Below are positions 17,814 through 27,086 of a stretch of 64,000 nucleotides of DNA, piece after piece; position 1 is the first letter of the stretch, and each line of letters starts with the position of its first letter. The notes under the pieces are model-generated. The model was not told where the DNA came from and searched no databases. It saw nothing but the letters and a program-made list of their open reading frames with translations. A program made the translations under genes and the position numbers. The stretch lies in IMG/VR virus record IMGVR_UViG_3300044797_000185, positions 53,837-117,836 of that record; one strand, given 5' to 3'. This DNA is from a virus.

Positions 17814-18398
17814 ATGACCATGAGAAAAAAAGTAAAAAAGAAACAATTTTGTATTCATGGGCACGATGTATTTATCTGTGGTAGAACTAATGGTGGAAAA
17901 GGAAATTGTAAAATATGTGATCAAATTTACAGTGATTCTGATCATAAAAGATCTTATCGTAATTTTTTAAGGCGGTTAGCACAAAAATTTGTAAATTGTA
18001 TTAAGGATAAACCATGCATGGATTGTGGTATTAAATATCCTTCCTATGTAATGCAATTTGATCATAGACCTGGAGAGAAAAAATTATTTTCAATAAGTTC
18101 TAGTTCTTTAAATTATAATATAGAAAAAATAAAATTAGAAATAACTAAGTGTGATGTTGTTTGTGCTAATTGTCATTGGCAACGAACCCATGATAGAAAA
18201 TTTATTATAAAAAGGAAAAATAAGGGTATGAAAAAATTACTAAAAAGAGTATTAAAAAGAAAAATTTTTACACAAACTGATGTGAGTTTGCTTATTCAAA
18301 AGCTTGCTGATCCTAAAAGTGATTCTTTTGATCCTGAATTTGCTGCTGCGATGCAGGAAGAATATGATAAACGTATTGCTAAAGGAAAAAATAAATGA
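17814..18398 (+). CDS. HNH-type endonuclease
   Basis: FCIHGH repeat, CMDC..QFDH..KCDVVCANCH. Confidence 0.8.
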   Translation: MTMRKKVKKKQFCIHGHDVFICGRTNGGKGNCKICDQIYSDSDHKRSYRNFLRRLAQKFVNCIKDKPCMDCGIKYPSYVMQFDHRPGEKKLFSISSSSLNYNIEKIKLEITKCDVVCANCHWQRTHDRKFIIKRKNKGMKKLLKRVLKRKIFTQTDVSLLIQKLADPKSDSFDPEFAAAMQEEYDKRIAKGKNK

Positions 18399-18607
18399 AA
18401 TTTACTTTTTTGTTCCATGATGGTAGTAGGATAGTTTTTTCAGCGGATGAAGTAAAACATTACACTGGACATGCTGCTCTTACGAATGCTACAGTATTAG
18501 AAAATACTAAAAATTATGCCGTTAAGGTCGGAGATCATTTTGATCGATTTAATATCGCACTGAATGACAATTTATTTGGTATGTTTCCATCTGATGAGGT
18601 AAAATAG
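18395..18607 (+). CDS. Hypothetical protein
   Basis: ATGA overlap with upstream stop. Confidence 0.55.
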   Translation: MKFTFLFHDGSRIVFSADEVKHYTGHAALTNATVLENTKNYAVKVGDHFDRFNIALNDNLFGMFPSDEVK

Positions 18608-18609
18608 AT

Positions 18610-18662
18610 CCTTCGGAGGCGATGTCATATCCGTCGAGTTAGCTCCTCTCGTAAAAAGGAGC
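18610..18662 (+). promoter_or_regulatory. Structured 5' leader with SD-sequestering hairpin
   Basis: Three adjacent hairpins: CCT-TCGG-AGG, CGATG-7nt-CGTCG, GCTCCT-9nt-AGGAGC (covers SD AAGGAG of gene 18670). Confidence 0.55.
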
Positions 18663-18669
18663 ACAATTT

Positions 18670-19521
18670 ATGATTAACAAATTAACATCTGAACAAGAAC
18701 AGCAAATAAAAGAATATTTTAATACCTACCTATCTAAAGGTTTATCTACCACACCCTCAAATAAATCCGTTGCAGAAATAGCTATTAAACGAATGTCTAA
18801 GTTATTAAATGAAAAAGAACCTGAAATAAGATGGGTTAAAAGCCCTATGGAGTTAATTAAATTGTGGAAAGCTAAATCTCTTTATTCATCTCTTTATTCA
18901 TCTCTTTATCCATCTCTTTATTCATCTCTTTATCCATCTCTTTATTCATCTCTTTATTCATCTCTTGATTCATCTCTTCGTTCATCTCTTTATTCATCTC
19001 TTGATTCATCTCTTGATTCATCTCTTTATTCATCTCTTCGTTCATCTCTTTATTCATCTCTTTATTCATCTCTTCGTTCATCTCTTTATTCATCTCTTGA
19101 TTCATCTCTTTATTCATCTCTTGATTCATCTCTTCGTTCATCTCTTTTATGGGGACAAGGAAATGCCAATTGGATTCCCTTTTTTAAATATTGCACTGAA
19201 GTATTAAAGATTAAATATGATGCCCAAGATGTTGAAAAATTAAATCTTTGGGTTAGCATGATGGAATGTTCTTATTTCCTTATATTTAAGAAGCTTGTTG
19301 TTTTAATGGAACATCCAAAAGAAATTCATGTAGATAATAAAGGATTAAACCACAATCTTGAGGATTATGCAATTAAATGGTATGATAATACGGGTATTTA
19401 CGTTGTGCATGGTGAAGTAGTTGATGCTTTAGATATTGAACAATTATTTAAGGGTAAAAAGATAACTAATTTAGAATATTTGGGTAGCAAGTACAAGGAA
19501 TCGAGTGAAAGTATATTGTAG
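18670..19521 (+). CDS. DUF6745-like protein with SSL(Y/D/R) repeat tract
   Basis: MINKLTSEQE..GLST.P..AE.AI..P.I.W..SP, then repeats, then WG..W..FF..EHP.EIH.D..HN..AI.W.D..HG. Confidence 0.6.
   Translation: MINKLTSEQEQQIKEYFNTYLSKGLSTTPSNKSVAEIAIKRMSKLLNEKEPEIRWVKSPMELIKLWKAKSLYSSLYSSLYPSLYSSLYPSLYSSLYSSLDSSLRSSLYSSLDSSLDSSLYSSLRSSLYSSLYSSLRSSLYSSLDSSLYSSLDSSLRSSLLWGQGNANWIPFFKYCTEVLKIKYDAQDVEKLNLWVSMMECSYFLIFKKLVVLMEHPKEIHVDNKGLNHNLEDYAIKWYDNTGIYVVHGEVVDALDIEQLFKGKKITNLEYLGSKYKESSESIL
18877..19146 (+). repeat. In-frame 12-bp tandem repeat, about 23 units
   Basis: Unit TCATCTCTT plus TAT/GAT/CGT; two units begin CCA. Confidence 0.95.
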
Positions 19522-19849
19522 TCATTCCATTAAAGATTTTAATAAAGCTTCCAATTATAGTGCCTGTAAGTTATGTTTACAAGGGTGGTATGGTATTGAT
19601 CCTATTCCCGTTGTAGTGGTTGGGTATACAGAACCCTATGAGGTTGACGAAAATTACATGGATCGGTTTAAAGAGAAGGATTTATCAGCAAAGAAATTTA
19701 CTCGCTGCTTGATATGTAAAGATTTACTTGAAAAGAGAAAACATATTACCTGTAATATTCAAGCATGGTGGCGTTCTGTTGGTAAAAGACATAAAGAAAC
19801 TATTAACAGAATGCTCAGCGTGGTTATTGGATTGAGAAAAGATAAATGA
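19505..19849 (+). CDS. Hypothetical Cys-containing protein
   Basis: GTG start overlapping upstream gene; CxxC pairs. Confidence 0.55.
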   Translation: MKVYCSHSIKDFNKASNYSACKLCLQGWYGIDPIPVVVVGYTEPYEVDENYMDRFKEKDLSAKKFTRCLICKDLLEKRKHITCNIQAWWRSVGKRHKETINRMLSVVIGLRKDK

Positions 19850-21012
19850 ATTTCCTTTACTTTCTTGCAATGTTGTCTCATTTTTCTCAAGGTATAGCTG
19901 GTCTTGTTGGTCAACCTCTCTATTATTATCTTAGGGAAACTCTCCATTTGAGTGTATCACAGATAATGTATCTCTCCTCCCTTACTACAATTCCCTGGAT
20001 GCTAAAGCCAGTCTTTGGCTTTTTCAGTGATCTACTCCCCATCAAAAATTATCATCGAAAACCCTATATCATTCTAAGTGCTATTATTTGTAGTGTTATG
20101 GCATTTGTGATTGGATTTTCACCTACCCTAGCATTGCCATGGCTCATAGCTTTTCTTTTTGTCTATTCAATTGGTCAAGCAGGAGATAATGTAGCAATTA
20201 ATGGATTTGTTGTAGAAGAAGGCAATAGAGCAAACACTGTTGGACGATTGCAAAGCTGTCAATGGGGTTCCTTGGCTGTTGCTGAAGTGCTTACTGGAGT
20301 ATTAGGTGGTTATCTTTCTACTAAATATACTTACCATACAGCCTATGTTTTAATCGCCATTTTCCCCGCCATCATAGCAGGATCGGCATTTTATCTTAAA
20401 GAAGATAAAGCTATTCCTTTTGTTGGAAGTAAATTGCAGCCTATAAAAGATTTTTTTAAGCAACTGAAAAATAAACAGCTTCTTTTTTCTTCTTTATTTC
20501 TTTTTCTATTCTGGTTTAGTCCTTCAATTGGTACTCCTCTTATGGATAGAATGCGAACCATTGGTCTTTCTAAAATGTTTATTGGGTGGATTGGAACAAT
20601 TGGTTCAATCTTTAGTATTATAGGGGCAGCTATCTATTTCCATGTAAGTAAAACGATTGATATGAAGAAATGGTTATATTATAGCGTTATTGTTAGTACC
20701 ATAGCTACCTTTGCTTATTTGTACACTACAAAAGAGTCTTTATTGGCATATGATGTGATATTTAGCATATCAGGGCAGTTTGTGCAGCTTTTGATGCTTG
20801 GGTTGATGGCAAGGACTTGTCCAAAGGGTACGGAAGCCACTACATTTGCCCTATTAACGTCAATTGTTAATTTTGGAGGCTCCATGTCAAATGTAGTAGG
20901 GGCGAAGCTATTTGGGCTGTTTGGTTATAATGGATTGGTTATTATAAGTGGGATTGCAACATTTGCTTGTTTGCCATTTATTCCTTATTTAACCATTGAA
21001 AAAAAGGATTGA
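19846..21012 (+). CDS. MFS transporter, folate-biopterin (BT1/FBT) family
   Basis: YYLRETLHLS..IPWMLKPVFGFFSDLLPI..YHRKPY; CPKGTEATTFALL; about 12 hydrophobic segments. Confidence 0.9.
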   Translation: MNFLYFLAMLSHFSQGIAGLVGQPLYYYLRETLHLSVSQIMYLSSLTTIPWMLKPVFGFFSDLLPIKNYHRKPYIILSAIICSVMAFVIGFSPTLALPWLIAFLFVYSIGQAGDNVAINGFVVEEGNRANTVGRLQSCQWGSLAVAEVLTGVLGGYLSTKYTYHTAYVLIAIFPAIIAGSAFYLKEDKAIPFVGSKLQPIKDFFKQLKNKQLLFSSLFLFLFWFSPSIGTPLMDRMRTIGLSKMFIGWIGTIGSIFSIIGAAIYFHVSKTIDMKKWLYYSVIVSTIATFAYLYTTKESLLAYDVIFSISGQFVQLLMLGLMARTCPKGTEATTFALLTSIVNFGGSMSNVVGAKLFGLFGYNGLVIISGIATFACLPFIPYLTIEKKD

Positions 21013-21037
21013 CAGTAGACAAGATATATGGTATACT
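21009..21037 (+). promoter_or_regulatory. sigma70 promoter, extended -10
   Basis: TTGACA-N17-TATACT, TGG. Confidence 0.85.
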
Positions 21038-21111
21038 TATTTAGTCATAAGTAGATTAGGCAATGGGAAATTGGTTATGGCTCTGGATAAATAAAGATAA
21101 GGAGATTTAAA

Positions 21112-21600
21112 ATGAAAAGACTAGTAATGTTTGTTGTTTGTGGTTTGATGACAATTGGTTGTAGTAAGCATGATTCTTCAGTTCCAAATGCACCTACACT
21201 ACCAGCTAATTTAAATATTACTGGTTCGTATACTGCTTATGGGGTTGTTTATACATTAATTCCTCCATGTCCAAATAATGTTTGTTCATATGATGTGAAT
21301 GTTACTGTTGTAGTTACACAATCAGGAGATGAACTTACTGGAAGTTATAGTGATTCAAATGGTATTTCTGGAACACTTGTTGGAAATGTTTCCACAGATA
21401 CCCCAAGTTCTGAAAGTGGGACATTTAATCTTCTGCGGTCTGGGTATAGTGGATCACAGGCTGTTTTTTCATACACTGCAACACCTGGATTGTTATCATT
21501 TGTAGTTCAATCGGGGGGACAAAATCCATTTGTACAACATGCAAGTGCTTCTAAAAATTCAAGTTCATCTTCTGTTAGCTTTTCTGGGCTTGGATTATAA
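21112..21600 (+). CDS. Putative lipoprotein
   Basis: MKR + hydrophobic stretch + IGC; S/T/G-rich beta body. Confidence 0.6.
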   Translation: MKRLVMFVVCGLMTIGCSKHDSSVPNAPTLPANLNITGSYTAYGVVYTLIPPCPNNVCSYDVNVTVVVTQSGDELTGSYSDSNGISGTLVGNVSTDTPSSESGTFNLLRSGYSGSQAVFSYTATPGLLSFVVQSGGQNPFVQHASASKNSSSSSVSFSGLGL

Positions 21601-21610
21601 ATATTAAAAT

Positions 21611-21639
21611 TCCCTCTGTGCTCATAGTGGGCAGAGGGA
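21611..21639 (+). terminator. Hairpin after lipoprotein gene
   Basis: TCCCTC..TGCTCA-TAG-TGGGCA-GAGGGA; no clear U tract. Confidence 0.4.
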
Positions 21640-21649
21640 TAAATATTAC

Positions 21650-21678
21650 TTGCTAATTAAGAATTAATATGGTATACT
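21650..21678 (+). promoter_or_regulatory. sigma70 promoter, near-leaderless
   Basis: TTGCTA-N17-TATACT, TGG; ATG 21686 lies 7 nt after -10. Confidence 0.75.
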
Positions 21679-21685
21679 TAAGCAA

Positions 21686-22456
21686 ATGATAACACTAAAT
21701 GGACATCCAGTTTCAACTACCTTTTTCCCTGATCAATCTTCTCAGGTTTGGAAGATTGATCCTAAATTTTTTCTTACTAATAATAACGTCATCCGATGGG
21801 AATTCCAGGGTGAGGCAGAATTCATGCATCTTGCTCAGCTTAAAACTCTTTTGGATCTGAACTATGGGCTTGATACTACTTTGGATCTGCCTTATTTACC
21901 TTATGCTCGTCAAGATAAAGAAATTACCAATGAATCCACATTTGCTTTGTATACATTCGCTCTCTTATTGAATAGCTTGGGTTTCACCAAAGTATTTATA
22001 TTTGATCCACATAATTTGGAGCTTACACAGCGATTGATTGATAGGGTTGAGATTACAATGCCTGATGTGAAGTCATTGCTTAAAGAATTGAAAGCACTAC
22101 CTGTTTATCCTGATGCGGGAGCAGCTAAGAGATACAATGCTCCAAAGAATACACTTCGTTGTGAAAAGGTACGGGAACCACTTACTGGGGAGATCACTGG
22201 CATTAAAGTTATTGGGAAGGTGAGGCACACGAATTATCTGATCCAGGACGATCTTATAGATGGGGGAAGAACCTTCATTGAAGTAGCTAAGAAGTTATAT
22301 AAGAAGGGAGCTAAAAATGTTTATTTATATGGCTCTCATGGGATTTTTTCAAAGGGCTTGCCCCCTTTGTTTGATGCGGGGATACGAAGGATATTTACTT
22401 ACAAAGGTGAAGCTTTTTGGAGTTCTAAGTGCGAGATTTTTTATAAAACTATATGA
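21686..22456 (+). CDS. prs: PRPP-synthetase-like protein (candidate NARP1 Adps)
   Basis: FPDQ, LPYLPYARQDK, DPH, PDAGA, DDLIDGGRTF, HGIFSKG. Confidence 0.9.
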   Translation: MITLNGHPVSTTFFPDQSSQVWKIDPKFFLTNNNVIRWEFQGEAEFMHLAQLKTLLDLNYGLDTTLDLPYLPYARQDKEITNESTFALYTFALLLNSLGFTKVFIFDPHNLELTQRLIDRVEITMPDVKSLLKELKALPVYPDAGAAKRYNAPKNTLRCEKVREPLTGEITGIKVIGKVRHTNYLIQDDLIDGGRTFIEVAKKLYKKGAKNVYLYGSHGIFSKGLPPLFDAGIRRIFTYKGEAFWSSKCEIFYKTI

Positions 22457-22953
22457 GTGGAAAACTTGTAGATCCAGTAAAACGATTTTGGGTAAAAGTA
22501 GATAAATCTATTGGTCTTGGTCCTAAAGGAGATTGTTGGGAATGGATTGCAGGAAGATTTACAAATGGATATGGGCAATTTTCTACTGGGAAAGCTAAAA
22601 TTTGTGCCCATAGGTTTTCTTACATTTTAGAACATGGGGATATTGACAACCAATTGAAAGTTTGCCATACTTGTGATAATAGAAAGTGTGTACGTCCGAG
22701 GCATTTGTTTTTAGGTACTCAATTGGATAATATACATGATATGATAAATAAAGGACGAAAAGTTAATGGGGATAATTCTCATTCCAAAAATGGAAGAGCA
22801 AGACTTAACGAGATGGAAGTTGGTGAAATTAAAGAATTACATATGAGAAAAACATCTATTGCTCAGTTAGCACGTACATATGGTGTTGGTGAGTCTACAG
22901 TACGCCATATTGTTCAAGGTCATACCTGGAAAAACAAAGGAGAAATAAAATGA
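22453..22953 (+). CDS. HNH endonuclease
   Basis: RFWVKVDK..CWEW..GYG..AHR..VCHTCDNRKCVRPRHLFLGTQLDN. Confidence 0.9.
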   Translation: MSGKLVDPVKRFWVKVDKSIGLGPKGDCWEWIAGRFTNGYGQFSTGKAKICAHRFSYILEHGDIDNQLKVCHTCDNRKCVRPRHLFLGTQLDNIHDMINKGRKVNGDNSHSKNGRARLNEMEVGEIKELHMRKTSIAQLARTYGVGESTVRHIVQGHTWKNKGEIK

Positions 22954-24422
22954 TAAATCCAATGCTATTATGTGACGGTTATAAAACAGGACATAGAATT
23001 CAATTTCCAAAGGGAACTGAATTAGTTTATTCCAATTTTACAGCAAGAGGAAGTCGTATGCCAGGAGTAGATCATGTGGTAATATTTGGGGTTCAATATT
23101 TCTTAATGGAATATTTGGTTAAACAATTTAATGAAGAATTCTTCAAGAAACCAAAGACAGAAGTAGTAGCTTCATATAAACGAAGAATGGATACTTATCT
23201 AGGGCCAGGAGCAGTTCCTGTTGAGCATATTGCAGCTTTGCATGACTTGGGTTATTTGCCAGTAAGAATTAAAGCATTGCCCGAAGGTACGCTTTGCCCC
23301 ATTCGGGTTCCTTTTTTAACGATTGTAAATACTTTAGCTGAATTTTATTGGGTGACAAATTATTTAGAAACTCTGATGTCTAGTATTTGTTGGTTTCCTA
23401 TTACGTCAGCAACAATAGCTCACCAATACCGTAAACTTTTGGATCAGTATGCTGCTGATACTTCAGATATGCCTGATTTTGTTGGTTGGACAGGCCATGA
23501 TTTTAGTTTCAGGGGGCAAACAAGTGTGGAATCCGCTGTAATTAGTGGTGCTGCCCATTTGCTTAGTTTTACTGGGACAGATACTATTCCTGCTATTGAC
23601 TTTTTGGAACAGTATTATGGGGCTAATGCAGAGATTGAATTGATTGGTGGAAGTGTTCCAGCAACCGAGCATTCTGTTGCTTGTATGGGTGGGCAATTTA
23701 ATGAAGCAGAAACATATCGAAGACTTATTACAGAAGTGTATCCTAAAGGTATTGTCAGTATAGTTAGTGATACATGGGATTTTTATAAAGTTTTGAATGA
23801 GGTCATAAGAGATCTTAAAGATGTTATTTTAGCTCGTGATGGCAAAGTGGTTATTCGCCCTGATAGTGGTAATCCTACAAAGATCATTTGTGGTGATCCA
23901 GGTGCTCCTGTGGGTAGTTTAGAATATAAAGGCACTATTGAGATTCTATGGGAGATCTTTGGTGGTACAATCAATTCTAAGGGCTTTAAACAGCTAGATC
24001 CTCATATTGGGGCAATCTATGGTGATTCTATCACTTTGGAGCGTTGTACAGCCATTTGTGAGGGTTTAAAGGCTAAAGGATTTGCTTCAACTAACATGGT
24101 TTTCGGAATTGGATCATATACATACCAATATGTAACCAGAGATACTTTTGGCTTTGCCATTAAAGCAACTTACGGCATTATTAATGGTCAACCTATTGAA
24201 TTGTTTAAACAGCCCAAAACAGACAATGGAGTTAAAAATAGTGCTAAAGGATTACTTCGAGTTAATGAAGATTTAACATTATCCGAAGGTGTTACCTGGG
24301 AAGAGGAAGGTCAGGGCTTGCTTCAAATAGTATTTGAGAATAGTAAAATTGTTAAGGTTCAGACTTTGAGTGAGATTCGTAACAGATTAGCAGCATCTAG
24401 CAAAGTCCTGGTTACGAAGTAA
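22950..24422 (+). CDS. nadV: Nicotinamide phosphoribosyltransferase-like protein (candidate NARP1 Namat)
   Basis: DGYK, HDFSFRG, GTDT, PATEHSV, SIVSDTWD, IRPDSG, YGDSIT, FGIGS, KNSAKG. Confidence 0.92.
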   Translation: MINPMLLCDGYKTGHRIQFPKGTELVYSNFTARGSRMPGVDHVVIFGVQYFLMEYLVKQFNEEFFKKPKTEVVASYKRRMDTYLGPGAVPVEHIAALHDLGYLPVRIKALPEGTLCPIRVPFLTIVNTLAEFYWVTNYLETLMSSICWFPITSATIAHQYRKLLDQYAADTSDMPDFVGWTGHDFSFRGQTSVESAVISGAAHLLSFTGTDTIPAIDFLEQYYGANAEIELIGGSVPATEHSVACMGGQFNEAETYRRLITEVYPKGIVSIVSDTWDFYKVLNEVIRDLKDVILARDGKVVIRPDSGNPTKIICGDPGAPVGSLEYKGTIEILWEIFGGTINSKGFKQLDPHIGAIYGDSITLERCTAICEGLKAKGFASTNMVFGIGSYTYQYVTRDTFGFAIKATYGIINGQPIELFKQPKTDNGVKNSAKGLLRVNEDLTLSEGVTWEEEGQGLLQIVFENSKIVKVQTLSEIRNRLAASSKVLVTK

Positions 24423-24583
24423 TGAAGCCAAATTCAGTTATCAACCATACCACTAAGAAAGCCTATCCTACCAAACAGGCAGCAGAAAAGGTAGCTGCTT
24501 TCTTATTGACTAAGTTTGTTCATGTTAGAACGTATAAGTGTTTTTGTGGTCAATTTCATTTAACGAGTCAGAAGGGTAAATAA
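24422..24583 (+). CDS. Small phage protein with Y-x-C-x-C-G-x-x-HLT motif (53 aa)
   Basis: Own translation: KKAYPTKQAA..RTYKCFCGQFHLTS; overlaps both neighbours. Confidence 0.65.
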   Translation: MKPNSVINHTTKKAYPTKQAAEKVAAFLLTKFVHVRTYKCFCGQFHLTSQKGK

Positions 24584-25953
24584 TGGATCAAAAATTAGAG
24601 CGTAAGTTTCTTGTTCATGTTGTTAAGGATATAAATATAGCTCAACTTGCTATTCAGAGAAAAATAGATGAGGGTTTTTTTCAATGGAAGACAGCTGGAA
24701 AACTTTTTGGTATAAACAATTGGTTCATAAACCAATATGGGACTTCTTTGACTGCTGTAGAACTTGTTGGATTGCTACAACAAAGCAGTACACTCGATGA
24801 GGATCTTCAGAAGTCAATTACAGTTTTGTTTAATGAGTTACAATTTGAAGTTCCAGACACAGATGCAAATTTTTTGATGGATCAGTTTTTTCAATACCAT
24901 AAACAAGCTCTTGTGGAACATGCTTTACGTCGAAGTGTAGAAACACTTGCTGATAAGAAAATAGATACAGCGGTTAATGTTCTTAAAAGTGACTTAGCTA
25001 ATATTGATCAGAAATTTCAAGTTGAGGAATCTAGATCAGGACAACTTGATGTCTTTGCTCCTCGTATCCATTGGGAATATGATGATCGTAAGATTAACCC
25101 CAAAAAATATGAGGGATTGAAATTAGGGTTTAGCGTAATGGATCAGATTACTGGTGGTCTAGTTCCCCCCAGTGTTTCTATTATTATGGCTCCCCCCAAA
25201 GAATTTAAATCAGCTCTTGCTATGAATATTTGCTACAATGCAGCTAAACGAGGAATTTATTCTTATTATCATGCAAATGAGGGAAGTGTGGAATTGTTCT
25301 ACATGCGTTTTGCTGCTATGGAATTGAGTATTCCCTTATCTCACATCAAAGATAATAGAATGAATCCTTTAGAAGAGGCTCGATGGCTTGCTTTTATCAC
25401 CTCAGTAGAACAAGGACAACACCAAATTCTGAATAAGATTTATTTTGATGAAGTCCCAATGGCTATAAGTAGTCCAGCATTCATTGCTAACAAGATTAAG
25501 AAACTTAAAGAAGAAGGAAAACAGGTTGGACTTGTAGTTGTAGATCACTTTGGTCGAATGACAAGTACAGATAAATCTCAAATGCAGGATTGGCAGCGTA
25601 AGGGAGTTATTGCCCAGGAATTATGTGCCTTAGCATTACAAGAACGTACTCCCTTCATTCTTCTTACTCATGTTAAATCGAGCAGTGCAAAAGATTCTCA
25701 AGAGGATAACAAGGATTTTGATGCATATGATATTGAAAGAAGTGGTCAACCTTTAAAAGATGTTGATTATGTATTTTCCTGGAGAATTGAGAATAAAGAA
25801 ACCTTTGACAGGAATGGGAAAGTAGGATGGGCAAAGCTTTCTTTGATGCTTTCTCGTCATTCTGAAACAGGAAGTACCACATTAGATATTGATGGGAAGT
25901 ATATGCAGATACGAGAAATTGCAGTAGGTGGCTCTGGGAATACAACACCATGA
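24583..25953 (+). CDS. dnaB: DnaB-like replicative helicase
   Basis: GLKLGF..MDQITGGL, variant P-loop APPKEFKS, NEGS, VVVDH, ERSGQ..DVD. Confidence 0.85.
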   Translation: MDQKLERKFLVHVVKDINIAQLAIQRKIDEGFFQWKTAGKLFGINNWFINQYGTSLTAVELVGLLQQSSTLDEDLQKSITVLFNELQFEVPDTDANFLMDQFFQYHKQALVEHALRRSVETLADKKIDTAVNVLKSDLANIDQKFQVEESRSGQLDVFAPRIHWEYDDRKINPKKYEGLKLGFSVMDQITGGLVPPSVSIIMAPPKEFKSALAMNICYNAAKRGIYSYYHANEGSVELFYMRFAAMELSIPLSHIKDNRMNPLEEARWLAFITSVEQGQHQILNKIYFDEVPMAISSPAFIANKIKKLKEEGKQVGLVVVDHFGRMTSTDKSQMQDWQRKGVIAQELCALALQERTPFILLTHVKSSSAKDSQEDNKDFDAYDIERSGQPLKDVDYVFSWRIENKETFDRNGKVGWAKLSLMLSRHSETGSTTLDIDGKYMQIREIAVGGSGNTTP

Positions 25954-26122
25954 AGACTCCTTTGCATCTTTATTTTCAACTAGAGAATCAAATTTTAGCT
26001 GATTTTCATAGTGGTAAAATTGATGTTCAAACAACGATTCATGATTTAATGATTGAACGTGAACAGATTGATTGGGACCCCGATTCTTTTTTACCTTTAG
26101 GTTTTATGGGAGAAGGAATTTC

Positions 26123-26611
26123 ATGAAAAAAACATTTGATGCTATTATTGAGATTTCTTCTCAAACACGTAATAAGTATGAATGGGATTTTAAAGCAGGT
26201 AGATTTCGCTTTAATAGAACTTTATCTACCTCGGTCAAATACCCCGTTTCGTATGGATTTTTTCCTAATAGTTTAGCAGCTGATGGTGATCCCGCAGATT
26301 GTTTAGTTCCTTCAATTGAACCCATTGAGCAAGGCTGTATAGTAGAAGTAAGACCTATCGGAATGCTTAAAATGGTTGATCAGGGTATTGAGGATTTCAA
26401 AGTACTTGCTATACCCGTAACAGATTTTCATTGGAAGCATATTAAAAAGCTTTCTCAAGTTACACCACATTTATTGGATGAGATAGAACATTTTTTTGGG
26501 TGTTACAAAGATCTTGAAGATAAAGTGGTTAAAATTAATGGCTGGGGTAAAAGAGTTGAAGCACTTAGTTATTTGAAAAAAGCATTTAAGAAATATGAAA
26601 AAAACCATTAA
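26123..26611 (+). CDS. ppa: Inorganic pyrophosphatase (family I)
   Basis: NKYE, YPVSYGF, DGDPAD, D..EDFKVLA, HFFGCYKDLE. Confidence 0.95.
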   Translation: MKKTFDAIIEISSQTRNKYEWDFKAGRFRFNRTLSTSVKYPVSYGFFPNSLAADGDPADCLVPSIEPIEQGCIVEVRPIGMLKMVDQGIEDFKVLAIPVTDFHWKHIKKLSQVTPHLLDEIEHFFGCYKDLEDKVVKINGWGKRVEALSYLKKAFKKYEKNH

Positions 26612-27086
26612 AGAAGTTGTAGAATCTTACGGAGTAAAACTTTGGTCTATTAGTGACGGGGTTCTTCGTGGTTCATGTCCCATGCATACTAATGTGAATA
26701 CTCCTTCATTTACCGTCTATGTAAATACAGATTCTTATTTTTGTTTTGGAGAAAGCATTGGTGGTGATACAGCTAATTTTATCTCCAGGATGGAAGGGAT
26801 TTCTTATGCAGAGGCAAAGGATCGAATCAAAGGGGATACAAATCTTCTTGAAGAAATTACTGAAACTTTAGATGGGCTTTCTGTAAAAGATGAAATAAAC
26901 TATGCTGATGAATTAAATTTCTCTATTAGCAAGTATTGTCGGGATCTTATGTATCGACGAGCGGATAAAGTAGATAACATTCTGAAATTTTTACAAAAAT
27001 TAGACAAAGAGTATTTGACAAAGAGTATTTCTTATGATATACTTAATCGAGTAACAGAAGAATCAAAACAATTGGAGAACTTATGA
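26595..27086 (+). CDS. Stand-alone primase Zn-binding (CHC2-like) domain protein
   Basis: CPMH..TPSF.V..YFCFG..GGD..FI..MEG..Y.EA; last Cys replaced by Glu. Confidence 0.8.
   Translation: MKKTIKEVVESYGVKLWSISDGVLRGSCPMHTNVNTPSFTVYVNTDSYFCFGESIGGDTANFISRMEGISYAEAKDRIKGDTNLLEEITETLDGLSVKDEINYADELNFSISKYCRDLMYRRADKVDNILKFLQKLDKEYLTKSISYDILNRVTEESKQLENL
27015..27043 (+). promoter_or_regulatory. Internal sigma70 promoter
   Basis: TTGACA-N17-TATACT, TGA, inside the 3' end of the CHC2 gene. Confidence 0.75.

Noticed and set aside
18877-19146. CRISPR array or DGR variable region
   Set aside because: No spacers; no reverse transcriptase or template repeat seen
18872-19207. ORFs MNEEMNQE.. (minus) and MIHLFVHL.. 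(plus)
   Set aside because: Alternative-frame readings of the 12-bp repeat
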